From Elsinoe ampelina (Eukaryota), in assembly GCA_010093995.1 (NCBI GenBank), contig ML992503.1, positions 180,984-244,983 of the forward strand: a stretch of 64,000 nt of DNA. Direction: 5' to 3'. Position 1 is the first letter of the stretch, and every line of letters begins with the position of its first letter. The notes under the pieces were generated by a model. That model had not been told where the DNA came from, searched no databases, and saw only the letters and a list, made by a program, of their open reading frames with translations. A program made the position numbers and the translations under genes. Shown here one piece after another: positions 12,491 to 23,322 of the stretch.

Positions 12491-12915
12491 TCCGACCGTG
12501 GTGGCAGAGACGTTTCTTGGAAGGTTTCAGCATAGCGGACCATGCACAGCGAGGCGTCACGATAGACGAAGATATGATTATAGACGACAGGTACAGATAT
12601 TGTATTGTTTTAACTTCACATGCCATTCGTGAAACATTCATACGTTATTGTGCTTTGGTCATGCAAGCACTTATCTCTCATTTTGCATGCTCGCATGATC
12701 GCTTGAACTCAATCTCTGATGTCCAGATCAGGCACATCAATCAGACGCGTCAGACAGCGACACCATTGCCCAAATGTGCCTAGCTCACAATCCCAGCAGA
12801 TCTTCAAACCTCCCTGTGCCGATCTGTAAGATTACGTCGTTCTTTGCCAGGGAGAAGCCCAAGGTAGATCTCTCGCAGTAGGCTGCAGTGCAGAGGTATA
12901 GGAGCATCATCCACC

Positions 12916-13383
12916 ATGTCGCGGCTAGTAGTCCGCAGCACTGCTGCCGTCGCCATCCTTCTGCTTCTATCGATCGGCATCTCCTCAAAGAGATCAGCCA
13001 TCTCGCTTCTCTGGCGAAAGGCACTCTACTCAAACCCTCATCTTATGCCACCCTATCGAGCCCCCTTCACAGGTTGCGACTGGCCGGGCGTAGTTCAAGG
13101 AAGTTATGCGGTCTTTCTCCACCACGGTTGCACGCTCGAGAAGCATAAAGAACAAGTTGGGCGACAAGCAAATCTAGAGTCGAGGATCACACGTGTCGTT
13201 CCAGAGACAAGTTACCACGGCCTTTACTACTTCGCCGAACAAGTAGACGATGTAGAGATAGATGCTATTCGAAGCGATATCGCGGTTGACATGATAGAAT
13301 GCGATCGTACGGTCGAAGTAGATATCGGGACGAAAGTTGACGTTGATCAACCTGCAGAACGACATTGGGGAGAGGCTAGGTGA
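12916..13383 (+). CDS. Small secreted or membrane-anchored protein with a peptidase-inhibitor I9 (subtilisin propeptide)-like domain
   Basis: Hydrophobic N-terminus. VVQGSYAVFL...YYFAEQVDDVEIDAIRSDIAVDMIECD resembles the I9 pattern. No protease domain follows. Confidence 0.6.
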   Translation: MSRLVVRSTAAVAILLLLSIGISSKRSAISLLWRKALYSNPHLMPPYRAPFTGCDWPGVVQGSYAVFLHHGCTLEKHKEQVGRQANLESRITRVVPETSYHGLYYFAEQVDDVEIDAIRSDIAVDMIECDRTVEVDIGTKVDVDQPAERHWGEAR

Positions 13384-13831
13384 GGCAGTCAATTCCAGCT
13401 CTTTGCATGTATTTAGTAAAGTGCCATAGCCTTCGACAGATGCTTATTGCAGATTCGGGTATGAAACCAAAATATTGTGGCATACGTCACGAGAGTGGGG
13501 CAATGTTGAATGTGAGATCTACATCCACATCTGGAGTTCCTTTTGCTTTTCCAACGTGGCTTCTGACGTTCACCTCTGCCGCCCGACGTGATTTGAAACT
13601 AGTCGGTGATGATGGAGATATGACGGACACTCGACCCTGGACGAATTATGATATGTGCTGCTGTGCCAACGGGATAAGTATTTGTGCTGGTGCTATCCAT
13701 TTTCTCGAGGTCTCTAATGGCTAATGCTACACATTCGTGGTACTTTCAATTCCAATTGCATTCTCACGCATTTTACAAAGCATCTTGCTAGACTAATCGC
13801 GAGACCTTTCTCAACCTCCAAACTAGCAGCA

Positions 13832-14897
13832 ATGCCGCCCAAGGGCAAATACACAGACCCAAAGCTCCGCGATGAAGTCAAAGAAGAGCTGCACAACTCT
13901 GACAAGGGTGGCGCGCCAGGTCAATGGTCCGCGCGGAAAGCTCAGATGATGGCCAGCGAGTACAAGAAGCGAGGTGGGAGTGTGAGTTACCCACCCCTTG
14001 CTCGTGCGTCTGTGCACTGACACTCGAGGACAGTACACAACCGACAAGGAGACCGGTCAGGACGAATCAGGCAAGAATCTCGAGAAGTGGGGAAAAGAAG
14101 ACTGGCAGACCAAGGAAGGTTCTGGCTCGGCCAAGAAGGACGACGGTACCGAGAAGCGCTACCTCCCGAAGAAAGCATGGGAGAACATGACCGACGCCGA
14201 GAAGGAAGCCACCGAGAAAGCAAAGCAGAAGGGCAGCAAGCAAGGCAAGCAGCACGTCGCCAACACCAGCCGAGCAAAGGAGGAGCGGAAGAAGGCCGGC
14301 GGGAACGCCAAGCAGGATGAAGACGAGGAGAAGGACGAGGAGAAAGACCAGAACGCAGACGAGGGCAAGAACAAAGGTAACCAAGGCAAGAAACGTAAAG
14401 CCCAGCCCACAAGCGACAAGAAAGACGACGCCTCCCCCGAGCCCGAGACCAAGACCCGCCGCACCACCCGCTCCAGCACAAAACAACAGTCCTCGTCCAC
14501 CCAAGACCAATCCTCCACCTCCGAATCCAAGTCCAACACCGACAAGAAGAACGGCGACAAGACCGACAAGAACAGCAGCGGCAAAACCGACGAGAAATCC
14601 CCCAAAGAATCCCACGCCGTAAACGGCAAATCAACCTACGGCTCTAAACACCAATCCCCCACCGCGCCCGGCACCGCGGGCTCCTCCTCCCGTCTCCCCT
14701 CCAAAGGCCAAAAAGTGACCTGGAAAGCCATGCCCGGGTGGGTCGAAGGGGAGGTCATCGAGGTTGTCACGGCGAAGAAGAAGGTCGAGGGGAAGGAGGT
14801 TAAGGGGAGTGAGTCGGATCCGAGGGTTGTGTTGCGCAGCCATGGGCCGAGTGGGAAGGTGGCGGTGCATAAGGCTGAGGCGGTGTTTTGGGATTGA
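13832..14897 (+). CDS. DUF5872-like N-terminal domain, charged linker and C-terminal Hva1/Tudor-like domain; intron 13982-14033
   Basis: KYTDPKLRDEVKEE...GGAPGQWSARKAQMMASEYKKRGG-SY, WGKEDWQTKEG, RYLPKKAWE. C-terminal GQKVTWK...GEVIEV...DPRVVLRS...KVAVHKAEA. Confidence 0.82.
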
Positions 14898-15520
14898 GGC
14901 ATGGATAGAAGGGGGCAGGATGGGTGGGGGATGTGGGAGGGGGAGGAGTGGGTGTAGTTTGGAAATGCGAGGAGTGCTGGAGGGTGGTGATATGAATGGC
15001 AATTCTGCATGTCTGAACACGCAGATTGGCTCCAGTAGGGTCTTGGTTATGGGATCGACCACAGACCATCCAGGCGACCGTTAGACACGTTGTGTGTCTC
15101 AACGGCCGCACGTGGGCTGGCAACGGTTCTAGTTCTGGCTGACCAAAAGTGGTGAAACAGTGACTGGACTAGACCCCTCGTCAATCAGTTCAAGCACAGC
15201 ACTCCACGGGCAAGGCACATGATCTTCTAATAATTGACAGTCCATTTCGATACCTATCAAGTGACTGACATCCCTCCTCTTTCTAAATTGTGTGTCCGGC
15301 GCCGAATCCATGCTCCCGTTCGCAGTAAATTTCAGACCCTATTCAGTTCCCCCGAAGGTCGACCTTGTAATTGTGATTAAGAAGAAAGACGCACCACACT
15401 GCTAATCCACCGACCGTCACTCCCCGCGCAGTCTCTTAGCGAGCAATCGCCTCATGGAGAGGGCTTGGAGGTTCCAGCACCGGGGATGTCATCATCAGAA
15501 GTTCTTTCTCCAAATGTCGA

Positions 15521-16396
15521 TTAAACCTTGGTGTAACCGTTGGAGCCGGTGATGACCTTTGCGAAATCGTTCTGCCACTCGCCGGCGTTGACGGCCCAAG
15601 CAGGTGTGAGGATGTAGTCCCACATGGCGCACCTGATGGATGTGATGGCGGTCGGGTTGGGGCATGCGGCGGCAGGCGCGACGGATGGAGTGCGCTCGTA
15701 GTAGATGTTGAAGGACTTGCAGCCAGGACTGTTGTTGCAGATGGCGGCACAGGCTGTGACGTTGTAGCTGGGCAATGACTGGGCGCCGACGTAGTATGGT
15801 GCGCCGGCAGAGGCGAAAAACCCTTGCCACAACCACCTGTATCCGGTAGGAGCGGTACCGCCAACGGAAGCAGCAGTGAAAGTGCTGTCGGCCATGTAGT
15901 TGGTCAGGATGGCCTTGGTAGTGTTGTAGTTCTGGCTGGGGCTGTAATTGTAGAACTTGGGCATCGCAGCGCAGTCGGCGATGTTCTGACGCTTAGCATT
16001 GGTCTTCTTCTTGTTGGCAGCAGCAGTGGTCTTTGGCTTGCCATTCTTCTTTGTGGCCGCCGCCTTCTTCTTGGTGGTGGTGGTAGTGGTAGTCGTCTTT
16101 GCCTTCTTGGTCTTCTTAGTGGCAGCTGCCTTCTTGCTGGTCGGGGAAGGGGATCCAGTGACGGCAGGCTCCGCGGTCACCTGCAAGGTGGAGGTCGCGG
16201 GAGGAGTGGTTGCCGCGGGAGCAGGGGACTTCTTCTCGAATTCGGACACAGCAGAGGACAGGGCAGACTCGCTATTGGCATAAGTTGCAGGACCGTCAGT
16301 TGGGGCGGGAGCCTCGGTGGTAACAGCGTCGCTGCTGATGGCAGCTGCAGACACGCTGATGGCGAGGGCCGGCAGAGCAAGGAGTGAGAAGCGCAT
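15521..16396 (-). CDS. Secreted protein with a Lys/Thr-rich pro-region, Kex2-type KR site and Cys-containing PAN/Apple-like C-terminal domain
   Basis: Signal peptide MRFSLLALPALAISVSA, AKR/Q site, and YNVTACAAICN...GCKSFNIYYERTPS...CPNP...CAMW...NAGEW...VITGSNGY. Confidence 0.8.
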   Translation of the reverse strand: MRFSLLALPALAISVSAAAISSDAVTTEAPAPTDGPATYANSESALSSAVSEFEKKSPAPAATTPPATSTLQVTAEPAVTGSPSPTSKKAAATKKTKKAKTTTTTTTTKKKAAATKKNGKPKTTAAANKKKTNAKRQNIADCAAMPKFYNYSPSQNYNTTKAILTNYMADSTFTAASVGGTAPTGYRWLWQGFFASAGAPYYVGAQSLPSYNVTACAAICNNSPGCKSFNIYYERTPSVAPAAACPNPTAITSIRCAMWDYILTPAWAVNAGEWQNDFAKVITGSNGYTKV

Positions 16397-17498
16397 GTTG
16401 GCTTAGTGATTGTTGAACGATTGTCAGGTGATATAAATAAATGAATGTACTATGGAACGAGGTCCAAGATGTGATGCGAGATACCAAAGCGAGTGTTGGA
16501 TGCTGGACCGACAGGAAGGTGGACAACACTGATCTTCAAATAGCTTCTCCTCAGCCTGTGTTTCAAGACAATCGATACTTTGCTGGCATCTTTTCTTCTA
16601 GAAGCGTTGAAGCCGTAGGCGTTTAAGCGGATATTGGATATAACGGCTCGAGTCGTGGCCGGATGCGAAACGGCTGTACTCACTGTTCAATGGAAGAAAT
16701 GCCGTGCGTCTGCACCAAGCATGTGGGTAGTCGAGGCAGCGTCGGCTGTGAATGGAGATATCGGTAGGCATCGGTGACTGATCAAGCCAAATCATCCTTA
16801 CAAGCATTGATGATATGGAGCAGTTGAAGAGCATTCGCTCCGCATTACAGTAGAATCTGGTCCGCCGGGAGATCAGCTTACCCAGCACCATATAGCCCAG
16901 TGGACGAACGTCATTCATGTTGCACGCATGGCCAATCATGTAGGTAGTCGTTGCGAAGGATGAGATATATCTGGATCAAAAGCCGTTGTGCCTAGAGAGC
17001 GGTTGGCAAGAGCTGAAACTCGACGAATGATAGGTCAGCTGACCGTTGACAGGTACCACCAGAGCAAGCATTATCGATAGATCCAGAAACTCCACAGACC
17101 TCAGTGGCTTGGTCCGTCTTCCGATTTCAGAGCATAATTCTTCCGTACCTGACTACCGTTTGTAGCCTTGCGGCATGATGAATGTTACGCTGCCGTCTTC
17201 TGTGACAGACATCGTTGGCACGACCGGTGAATTATTAACCTTTTGTTACCCATCCTGGCTATGCTGAACTCGAAAAATCGTCAGCAGAATCTGTTGTTTG
17301 AGATACCAGCGGTGGGACCGGTCACAATCATTCCTTTGTCTATCCTTGTCGGGCTGAGGGGACATTCGAGACGTGAGAAGGCGGATGACAGATCGCAGCA
17401 GGATGATTGACGGTCTGTTCGATCTGTAGACTCGTTGATCCTCACGGCGCCGGCCCTAAGATCCGTTGAGGAGGTATCCATCCCAGCTCCCGGACCCG

Positions 17499-19256
17499 TC
17501 AGATGTCGTGTACATTCAGCTCGCTCTCCCATGGATCACCATCCACGTAACAGCCTTTCAGCCATCTTTCCTTCCCAACATCGCCGGGACTGAAAGCTGT
17601 TCTTGCATGCAACATCCGTCTATTGTCGAATATGACGCACTCTCCCGGAGCCATCTTCCTCTCATAGACATTATCCGGATGCTCCGTTCTTTGCTTGAAC
17701 TGATTGGCGATGGTGTGCCATTTCATCAATTGATCTGAATGTCCAAAAAGCTGTCGGAAGGAGTTCGGCCCTTGGAAAGGTGGCGACCAATTCACGTGCT
17801 CGAGAAAAGGCGTCACTGGGAGTTTAGTGCCTTGGAAGCGGGATGCAGGTACAGCTAGACCTATGAGTGGGCGATTCTGCGAGTACTTTTTGCCATTCCT
17901 GTCATAATGGAAGACGGTGTGATGATTATGCAATTCCGTCAGAGAACAGGTGCCAGTCTGATACAACTCCTCGATGGCTTGGTACGCGTCGGAGAATAGT
18001 GACGCTCCTCCTTCAGCGGAAGATCTCAAGCAATGCAGAAATTGCAATTTCGGTGGTTCCGCCATGTACAGAAGATCCATGTGAAATCCCAGGTGTCGTG
18101 CGGTATAGGCTACATTCTCTGCCTTGGGAACACTCTTGACGTCCCAGGTCATGCCATAGAAAGAGTTTCGGAGAGGACCAATTTTTTCAGCTATGTTGAC
18201 AACAGAATCTTCCGACTCTGGTACATTGGTGACGAATGCCAGTCCGTTGTCTCGTACAGCTCTGAGGACTTGCTTGTAGGTGACGATATCATTGAGGTAT
18301 GCTTCAAAATCGACGACGACTAATTCTTTCTCGATTTTGGCCTTGTTGCAACTTGCTAGCGTTCGAGTGCGACGATCAGTCTTCATGAATAGATGGTAAT
18401 ACAGATCGGCATCATTCAGCTTCGTAATATGGTCCACAGGGAAGCCAGGTACGTCGTTCTCCCACGTAAAGGCAAATCCTTCATCCTTGCCCAAGTTCTG
18501 TCGCTCGGCAATTGAGATGTTCGCGGGTATGTCGACAGTCCAGAAGTTCTTCTGCCCCGAAGATGGGTCAACGCAGAGTTCGCAAGAGCACATATCGCGG
18601 AGCTGTATTGGATCGATCAAGCCTCTTTCTATGCCCGGCTGCAAATACGGCGGTGAATTGGTTGCGGCACTGAGCGGTCCACCAGCGGCAGCGAACTTGG
18701 GCAATTGAGGAAACCGTGCTTTTTTGAAGCGTGGTGGCACGCCTTCTGGAGCTTGTTCTCTTTCAACTTTGACACTTCTCCAGGCGTCACGATCGGTATC
18801 ATTACGAAGCTGCGTCTTCGAAAGACCTTCTAAATTTGGCCATCTCTCCAGTAGCGGATTAGCACCTCCATTTGCAGTGTCCGGGCGGGCCTTAAAGGCT
18901 CCCGTGATATGTTCACCTGGTGTGTCCGCATCCCTGATGTTCTTGGGCAGCCGAAAAGATCGTTTGCGTTTCGTATCTGGATGTCGACCACGGCCGTTGG
19001 ATGTAGCTTCCTGCCTTCCGTGCTGAGAATCCTCCGGACCATGCAATGTCCCTTCTGAGTTCCTGAAGAAGTCATTCAGAGACACTCCATGACCTTGAGG
19101 CCCAACAATTCCAGCATCAAGATCTTCTGTGCTATCGGCTTGAGCCTGTGAATACTCTCGTAATGCTAGTCGACCGCCATTGCTGAATAGCCATGGTCGC
19201 TGTGAAGACCTGCTTATCACACGGCCTACGACTGGTAGTCTGCAAGCAGGGAACAT
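17499..19256 (-). CDS. AIM17: Mitochondrial gamma-butyrobetaine-dioxygenase-like Fe(II)/2-oxoglutarate oxygenase (TauD/TfdA family, Aim17-like)
   Basis: Arg-rich presequence, LRDMCSCELCVDPSSGQK Zn motif, HxD in GFHMDLLY, FDNRRMLHAR and ERWLKGCYVD. Confidence 0.85.
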   Translation of the reverse strand: MFPACRLPVVGRVISRSSQRPWLFSNGGRLALREYSQAQADSTEDLDAGIVGPQGHGVSLNDFFRNSEGTLHGPEDSQHGRQEATSNGRGRHPDTKRKRSFRLPKNIRDADTPGEHITGAFKARPDTANGGANPLLERWPNLEGLSKTQLRNDTDRDAWRSVKVEREQAPEGVPPRFKKARFPQLPKFAAAGGPLSAATNSPPYLQPGIERGLIDPIQLRDMCSCELCVDPSSGQKNFWTVDIPANISIAERQNLGKDEGFAFTWENDVPGFPVDHITKLNDADLYYHLFMKTDRRTRTLASCNKAKIEKELVVVDFEAYLNDIVTYKQVLRAVRDNGLAFVTNVPESEDSVVNIAEKIGPLRNSFYGMTWDVKSVPKAENVAYTARHLGFHMDLLYMAEPPKLQFLHCLRSSAEGGASLFSDAYQAIEELYQTGTCSLTELHNHHTVFHYDRNGKKYSQNRPLIGLAVPASRFQGTKLPVTPFLEHVNWSPPFQGPNSFRQLFGHSDQLMKWHTIANQFKQRTEHPDNVYERKMAPGECVIFDNRRMLHARTAFSPGDVGKERWLKGCYVDGDPWESELNVHDI

Positions 19257-19501
19257 TGTTTGTGGCGAAATCTCGGTGAATGAGAAAGAGGTCGTCGTGC
19301 AGCATAAATTCGAGGACGGAGACCTCGGCTATCAAACCTCCACTTGTGCGGCCAATCACGACTGGCCTTCATCGACGACAATTTGCAAGCTACGTGCTAC
19401 ACGCCATTCTCCAAGTCAACAGCATTATTCGCGAGTGATTGAATTGATTCGTAATTGAGGGTAAACAATACAGTGGACCCGCAAGGTTGAACGGCAGATG
19501 G

Positions 19502-20520
19502 ATGCCTCATAAAGCTGAAGCCCTCCGCGATGAAGGCAATCGGACTCAAGTCGTACTCGCAGGAGCGGTAGCTGGTCTGGTCTCTCGGTATCTCAAGTCA
19601 ATGTCAACCGCGTAGTCTCCGTCCTAACATGTTCGAGCTTCGTCATTGCACCTCTAGATGTAATCAAGATCCGCCTACAGCTCCAATCACACTCCCTCTC
19701 CGATCCACTCTCGTTACCGCAAGGCTCGTTGCGCGGACCAGTGTACAAGGGCACACTTCAGACATTGAAGACCATTTTGGTCGAGGAAGGAATTTCAGGA
19801 CTGTGGAAGGGCAATGTACCCGCAGAGGCTTTGTACTTGACCTACGGAAGCATTCAGTTCCTATCATACCGAAGCACAACGCAAGCATTGTCACAGCTGC
19901 CTCAGGAATGGCAGTTGCCAGGATCGGCGACAAGCTTTGTGTCAGGGGCAGTAGCTGGGACCATGGCGACCACTGTCACATACCCGCTGGATCTCCTACG
20001 GACACGGTTTGCAGCACAAGGGAAAGAGAAGGTATACAACAGCTTGGCAGCCAGCGTCAGGGACATCACAAAGCATGAAGGGCTTCCTGGCTTCTTTCGC
20101 GGCCTGAGCGCCGGCATTGGGCAGATTGTCCCATACATGGGCATGTTTTTTGCGCTTTACGAGAACCTCAAACCAAGACTGGCTGGGGTACAACTCCCGC
20201 TCGAAAATTTAGGATCAGGAGAAGCACTCGCTGGTGTTATTGCTAGCGTTATGAGCAAGACTGCGGTCTTTCCGCTTGACACAGTCCGCAAAAGATTGCA
20301 AGTCCAAGGTCCGACAAGAGGCAGGTATGTGCACAGGAACATTCCAGAGTACAAAGGCGTGGTCGCCACGATACGCGCCATCCTGGTCAGAGAGGGTATC
20401 AGAAGTCTCTACAGAGGGTTGCCGGTCAGCCTCATCAAAGCCGCACCCAGCAGTGCAGTCACAATATGGACCTACGAGAGGACCATGAGCTTCCTACAGA
20501 GCATGGAAGTGGCTGCGTGA
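19502..20520 (+). CDS. TPC1: Mitochondrial thiamine pyrophosphate carrier; exons 19502-19587 and 19638-20520
   Basis: Spliced [54 protein letters not shown] and [14 protein letters not shown]. Confidence 0.92.
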
Positions 20521-20616
20521 GCCACAATAGTGTAATATAAGATGTACCATCACTTCATTCGCATTTTCGCTTCTATGCAATCGTGTCTATCGTCAATCAC
20601 CAGTAATACCCTGCAC

Positions 20617-21321
20617 TCAAGGCCCGCCCGACCCTTTCTTCTTCTTATCCTCCACCAACTCTATATTATCCTCAGGAACATCCGGATGCGCCTCCAACAA
20701 CCAATCAAACACATCATCACTCAAATCACCCTGTATCGTAATCTCCTCCCCACCCGACGCCGTCTTCGTCACCGACGCACCAGTCGCGAACTTCTTCCCC
20801 ATCTCCTTGCTCACCTTCTTCAGCTCCAACCCATGCTCTTCCAATCCACTCACAGTCGTTACATACTTTCGCTTATTCCGTTCCACGCGCTTGATGATGA
20901 CTTTGGCGTCCGCAAGACGTTCAGCTTCCCGTGCTTCGGCCGCTTCGGCTTTGGCGGCTTTCTTTTGCGCGTCTTTCTCTGCTCGCTTTTGGGCGTCGAC
21001 GGACAGCGCGGAGAGGTTCGAGGCGATGGTGTCGGCCGAGTAGAGCTTGGAGTGTAGGCTTGGGTCCTTGGATTTGAGCCAGTCTTCGCATTTTTTGGTG
21101 GTGCCGCCAAATTCGCAGTACTGGGGACATGGTCAGTCCTGGTCAGACGAGGTCTGTAGTGAGGATCAGTATGTACCTCTGGAGGTAGTGTGCAGACTGT
21201 GTATCGTTAGCGGAAATGCGGTCAGGTGCTGGGAGAGGGATCACATGCCTCCGCAGTATGTCACTTGCTTCGGCGGCGACAGTGATTGACTGCCAGCAGC
21301 AGCAGACTCTACTTCGGCCAT
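20617..21321 (-). CDS. TMA22: Translation machinery-associated protein 22 (DENR, SUI1 domain); exons 21321-21249, 21196-21177 and 21120-20617
   Basis: Spliced VTYCG/VCTLPPE/YCEFGGTTKKCEDWL...VERNKRKYVT...GKKFATGASVTK...EEITIQGD. Confidence 0.93.
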
Positions 21322-21548
21322 GTTCAGGAATTGTAACGAAAGACAAGTGTGGTTGTTATTCGCAGTCTCTGCAACTTCCGCGGATATTGAAGGAGGGGCA
21401 TGGCGGGGTCAATCGCATCCAGTGGCCGAGCGGCCCGCAAACCGACACTTTGGTTCACCACAGTCCCACCTCACATATCACGACGAGCATGTCCACATGG
21501 TTGATGAGAATGTCAATATTTTGAAAGATCCATGTGGGATTGTACGTC

Positions 21549-22962
21549 CTACGTTCGCTGCCGAAAAGCCACCTCTTTCGGAAGTCTAAAGCTCGCACAA
21601 AAATCCCTCTTGTTCGTACTGACATCTCGAACATCCCAGATGACGGTCTCAGGGGTTTCTGGTGTGATTGTGTGGCCGATCAAATTCGAGATCCTTTCGC
21701 AAATTCGCTTCCTCTCTTCCACATTGTCGTCGCTCTTGGTATCAAAGCAGTAGCAATGTACCATAGGCATTGGCGCGTCCTGGGGAAGGAGAGCTTTGGT
21801 CTCCTCGTCGTACAAGCCAACAAAGTCGGGTAAGAAATCCATAGCTGAAGCGGGCAAGTTCATCACGAAATGTGAAAAGAACTTTGGTTGCACCAGAGTC
21901 TTGTCTGCAATCTTCGATATGGGAGCCTTCGGTCCCTTCTTTTGCTCCACAGCTCCTGCCTTAATCGTCACCGAATGGTCGGTCCTGGCCAGTTCCGCAG
22001 CCGCTCTTCTTATGAACTCATGACCATTCTCGTTGAATGGCTGTACAAAATCCTGTACTTTATTGAGCTTGACGCCGGCCTTCAAGTACTTATAGCTCTC
22101 CGGATTAAGGTCGTTGGCCCATGTGAAGACTCGCTTTTTGCCTGCAGGGAGGGCAAAAGGACCGATGCCAGCCATCACATCGCAGACAGCCTCGCCTTCT
22201 TTGAACAAGCCTACCAGACGTTCGTGCTCGGTGTTGAGCCTCGAATTCCAGTAGACTTTGGAGTAATCGAATCGAAAAATGCATGATTGTTCCTTCATCT
22301 CTGCATTCATGTCGTGCTCGCCAGCAAGCAGCTCGTATTTGAATGTTCGGTATTCATTCTCTTCTCCCACGTCGTCGGTCTTGTTGATCACTGTTCGAAT
22401 TCCGGTATTCTTGTCCAGGATCAGTTCTCCGATCAACTTCTTGTATGGTAGCCATTGATCTCGAAGGTTCAAATGAGCGATGTGTCCGACTATTTGAAAC
22501 CCGGACGGGATCTCTTCTTTTCCATCTTTGGGTAGAATGGCTTGAGATATATCTTGATATGTCCAGTAATTGTAGTCAAGATGCAGGTCATATGGTATCA
22601 ACTTGATGAGATCATCCTTCTCGAGTTGACCGACGAGTGGAGTCCACGGCCACTCTTGACCTACCTTTTGTGAGAACCACATTACTTACCGTGCAAGCGA
22701 GACAAGTACCTTCGTCATTGATCTGTGGTCGGAGTAAAATGCATCTCTTCCCTGCCGCTTCTGCAGAAGGATCTGGTCGGACGTTTTGACAACGTGATAG
22801 ACTCAGGCTATCCTTGCTCCGGTCGAGCTGCGCACGGATGTTTGAGATTTGTGAGTTGTTCAATATCCTTGCGGCGGACAGAGGGATCTTTTTCGAGAAG
22901 AATGCCCGATCAAGAGTTTTCATCGCCAGATTGACAGGCGGTCGGAACATGTCTTCGGCCAT
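21549..22962 (-). CDS. TRM5: tRNA (guanine37-N1)-methyltransferase; intron 22709-22661
   Basis: FRPPVNLAMKTLDRAFF, GHIAHLNLR, FDYSKVYWNSRLNTEHERL, DVMAGIGPFALPA, ANDLNP and HFVMNLP. Confidence 0.95.
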
Positions 22963-23322
22963 CAATGCATGTCAGATATGTCGCCATGAAATGATACAAA
23001 TTCCAGAGATGGCTGGTAATATTTCCGTCGAGCCAGAAATAGTGTTACACAACGTAGTGGTGTAGAGACGAAAAGACTTCCGCGGCGAAAATGCGAGCTC
23101 ACATGGGCCACTTCTTGCCAAGCCCCGACGTCAACAAAGGCTTGTGCCAAACGACGACACAACCTGAGAAGACAACAGCATTTTGCCGATAGCGCCACTC
23201 ATTCTTACAGTTTTCCAATCGTGGGCGAGGTTTCTCGGACGATCGCTTGCAAGTTCCGACGTCTCAGTCCCGATGCGACGACACAGGAAAATCAGCCTGA
23301 TTGATCGGTGAGACTACCAACA

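Noticed and set aside
22962..23198. Upstream ORF as an N-terminal extension of TRM5
   Set aside because: It is in a different frame with a stop at the TRM5 start, and I found no convincing splice to join them.
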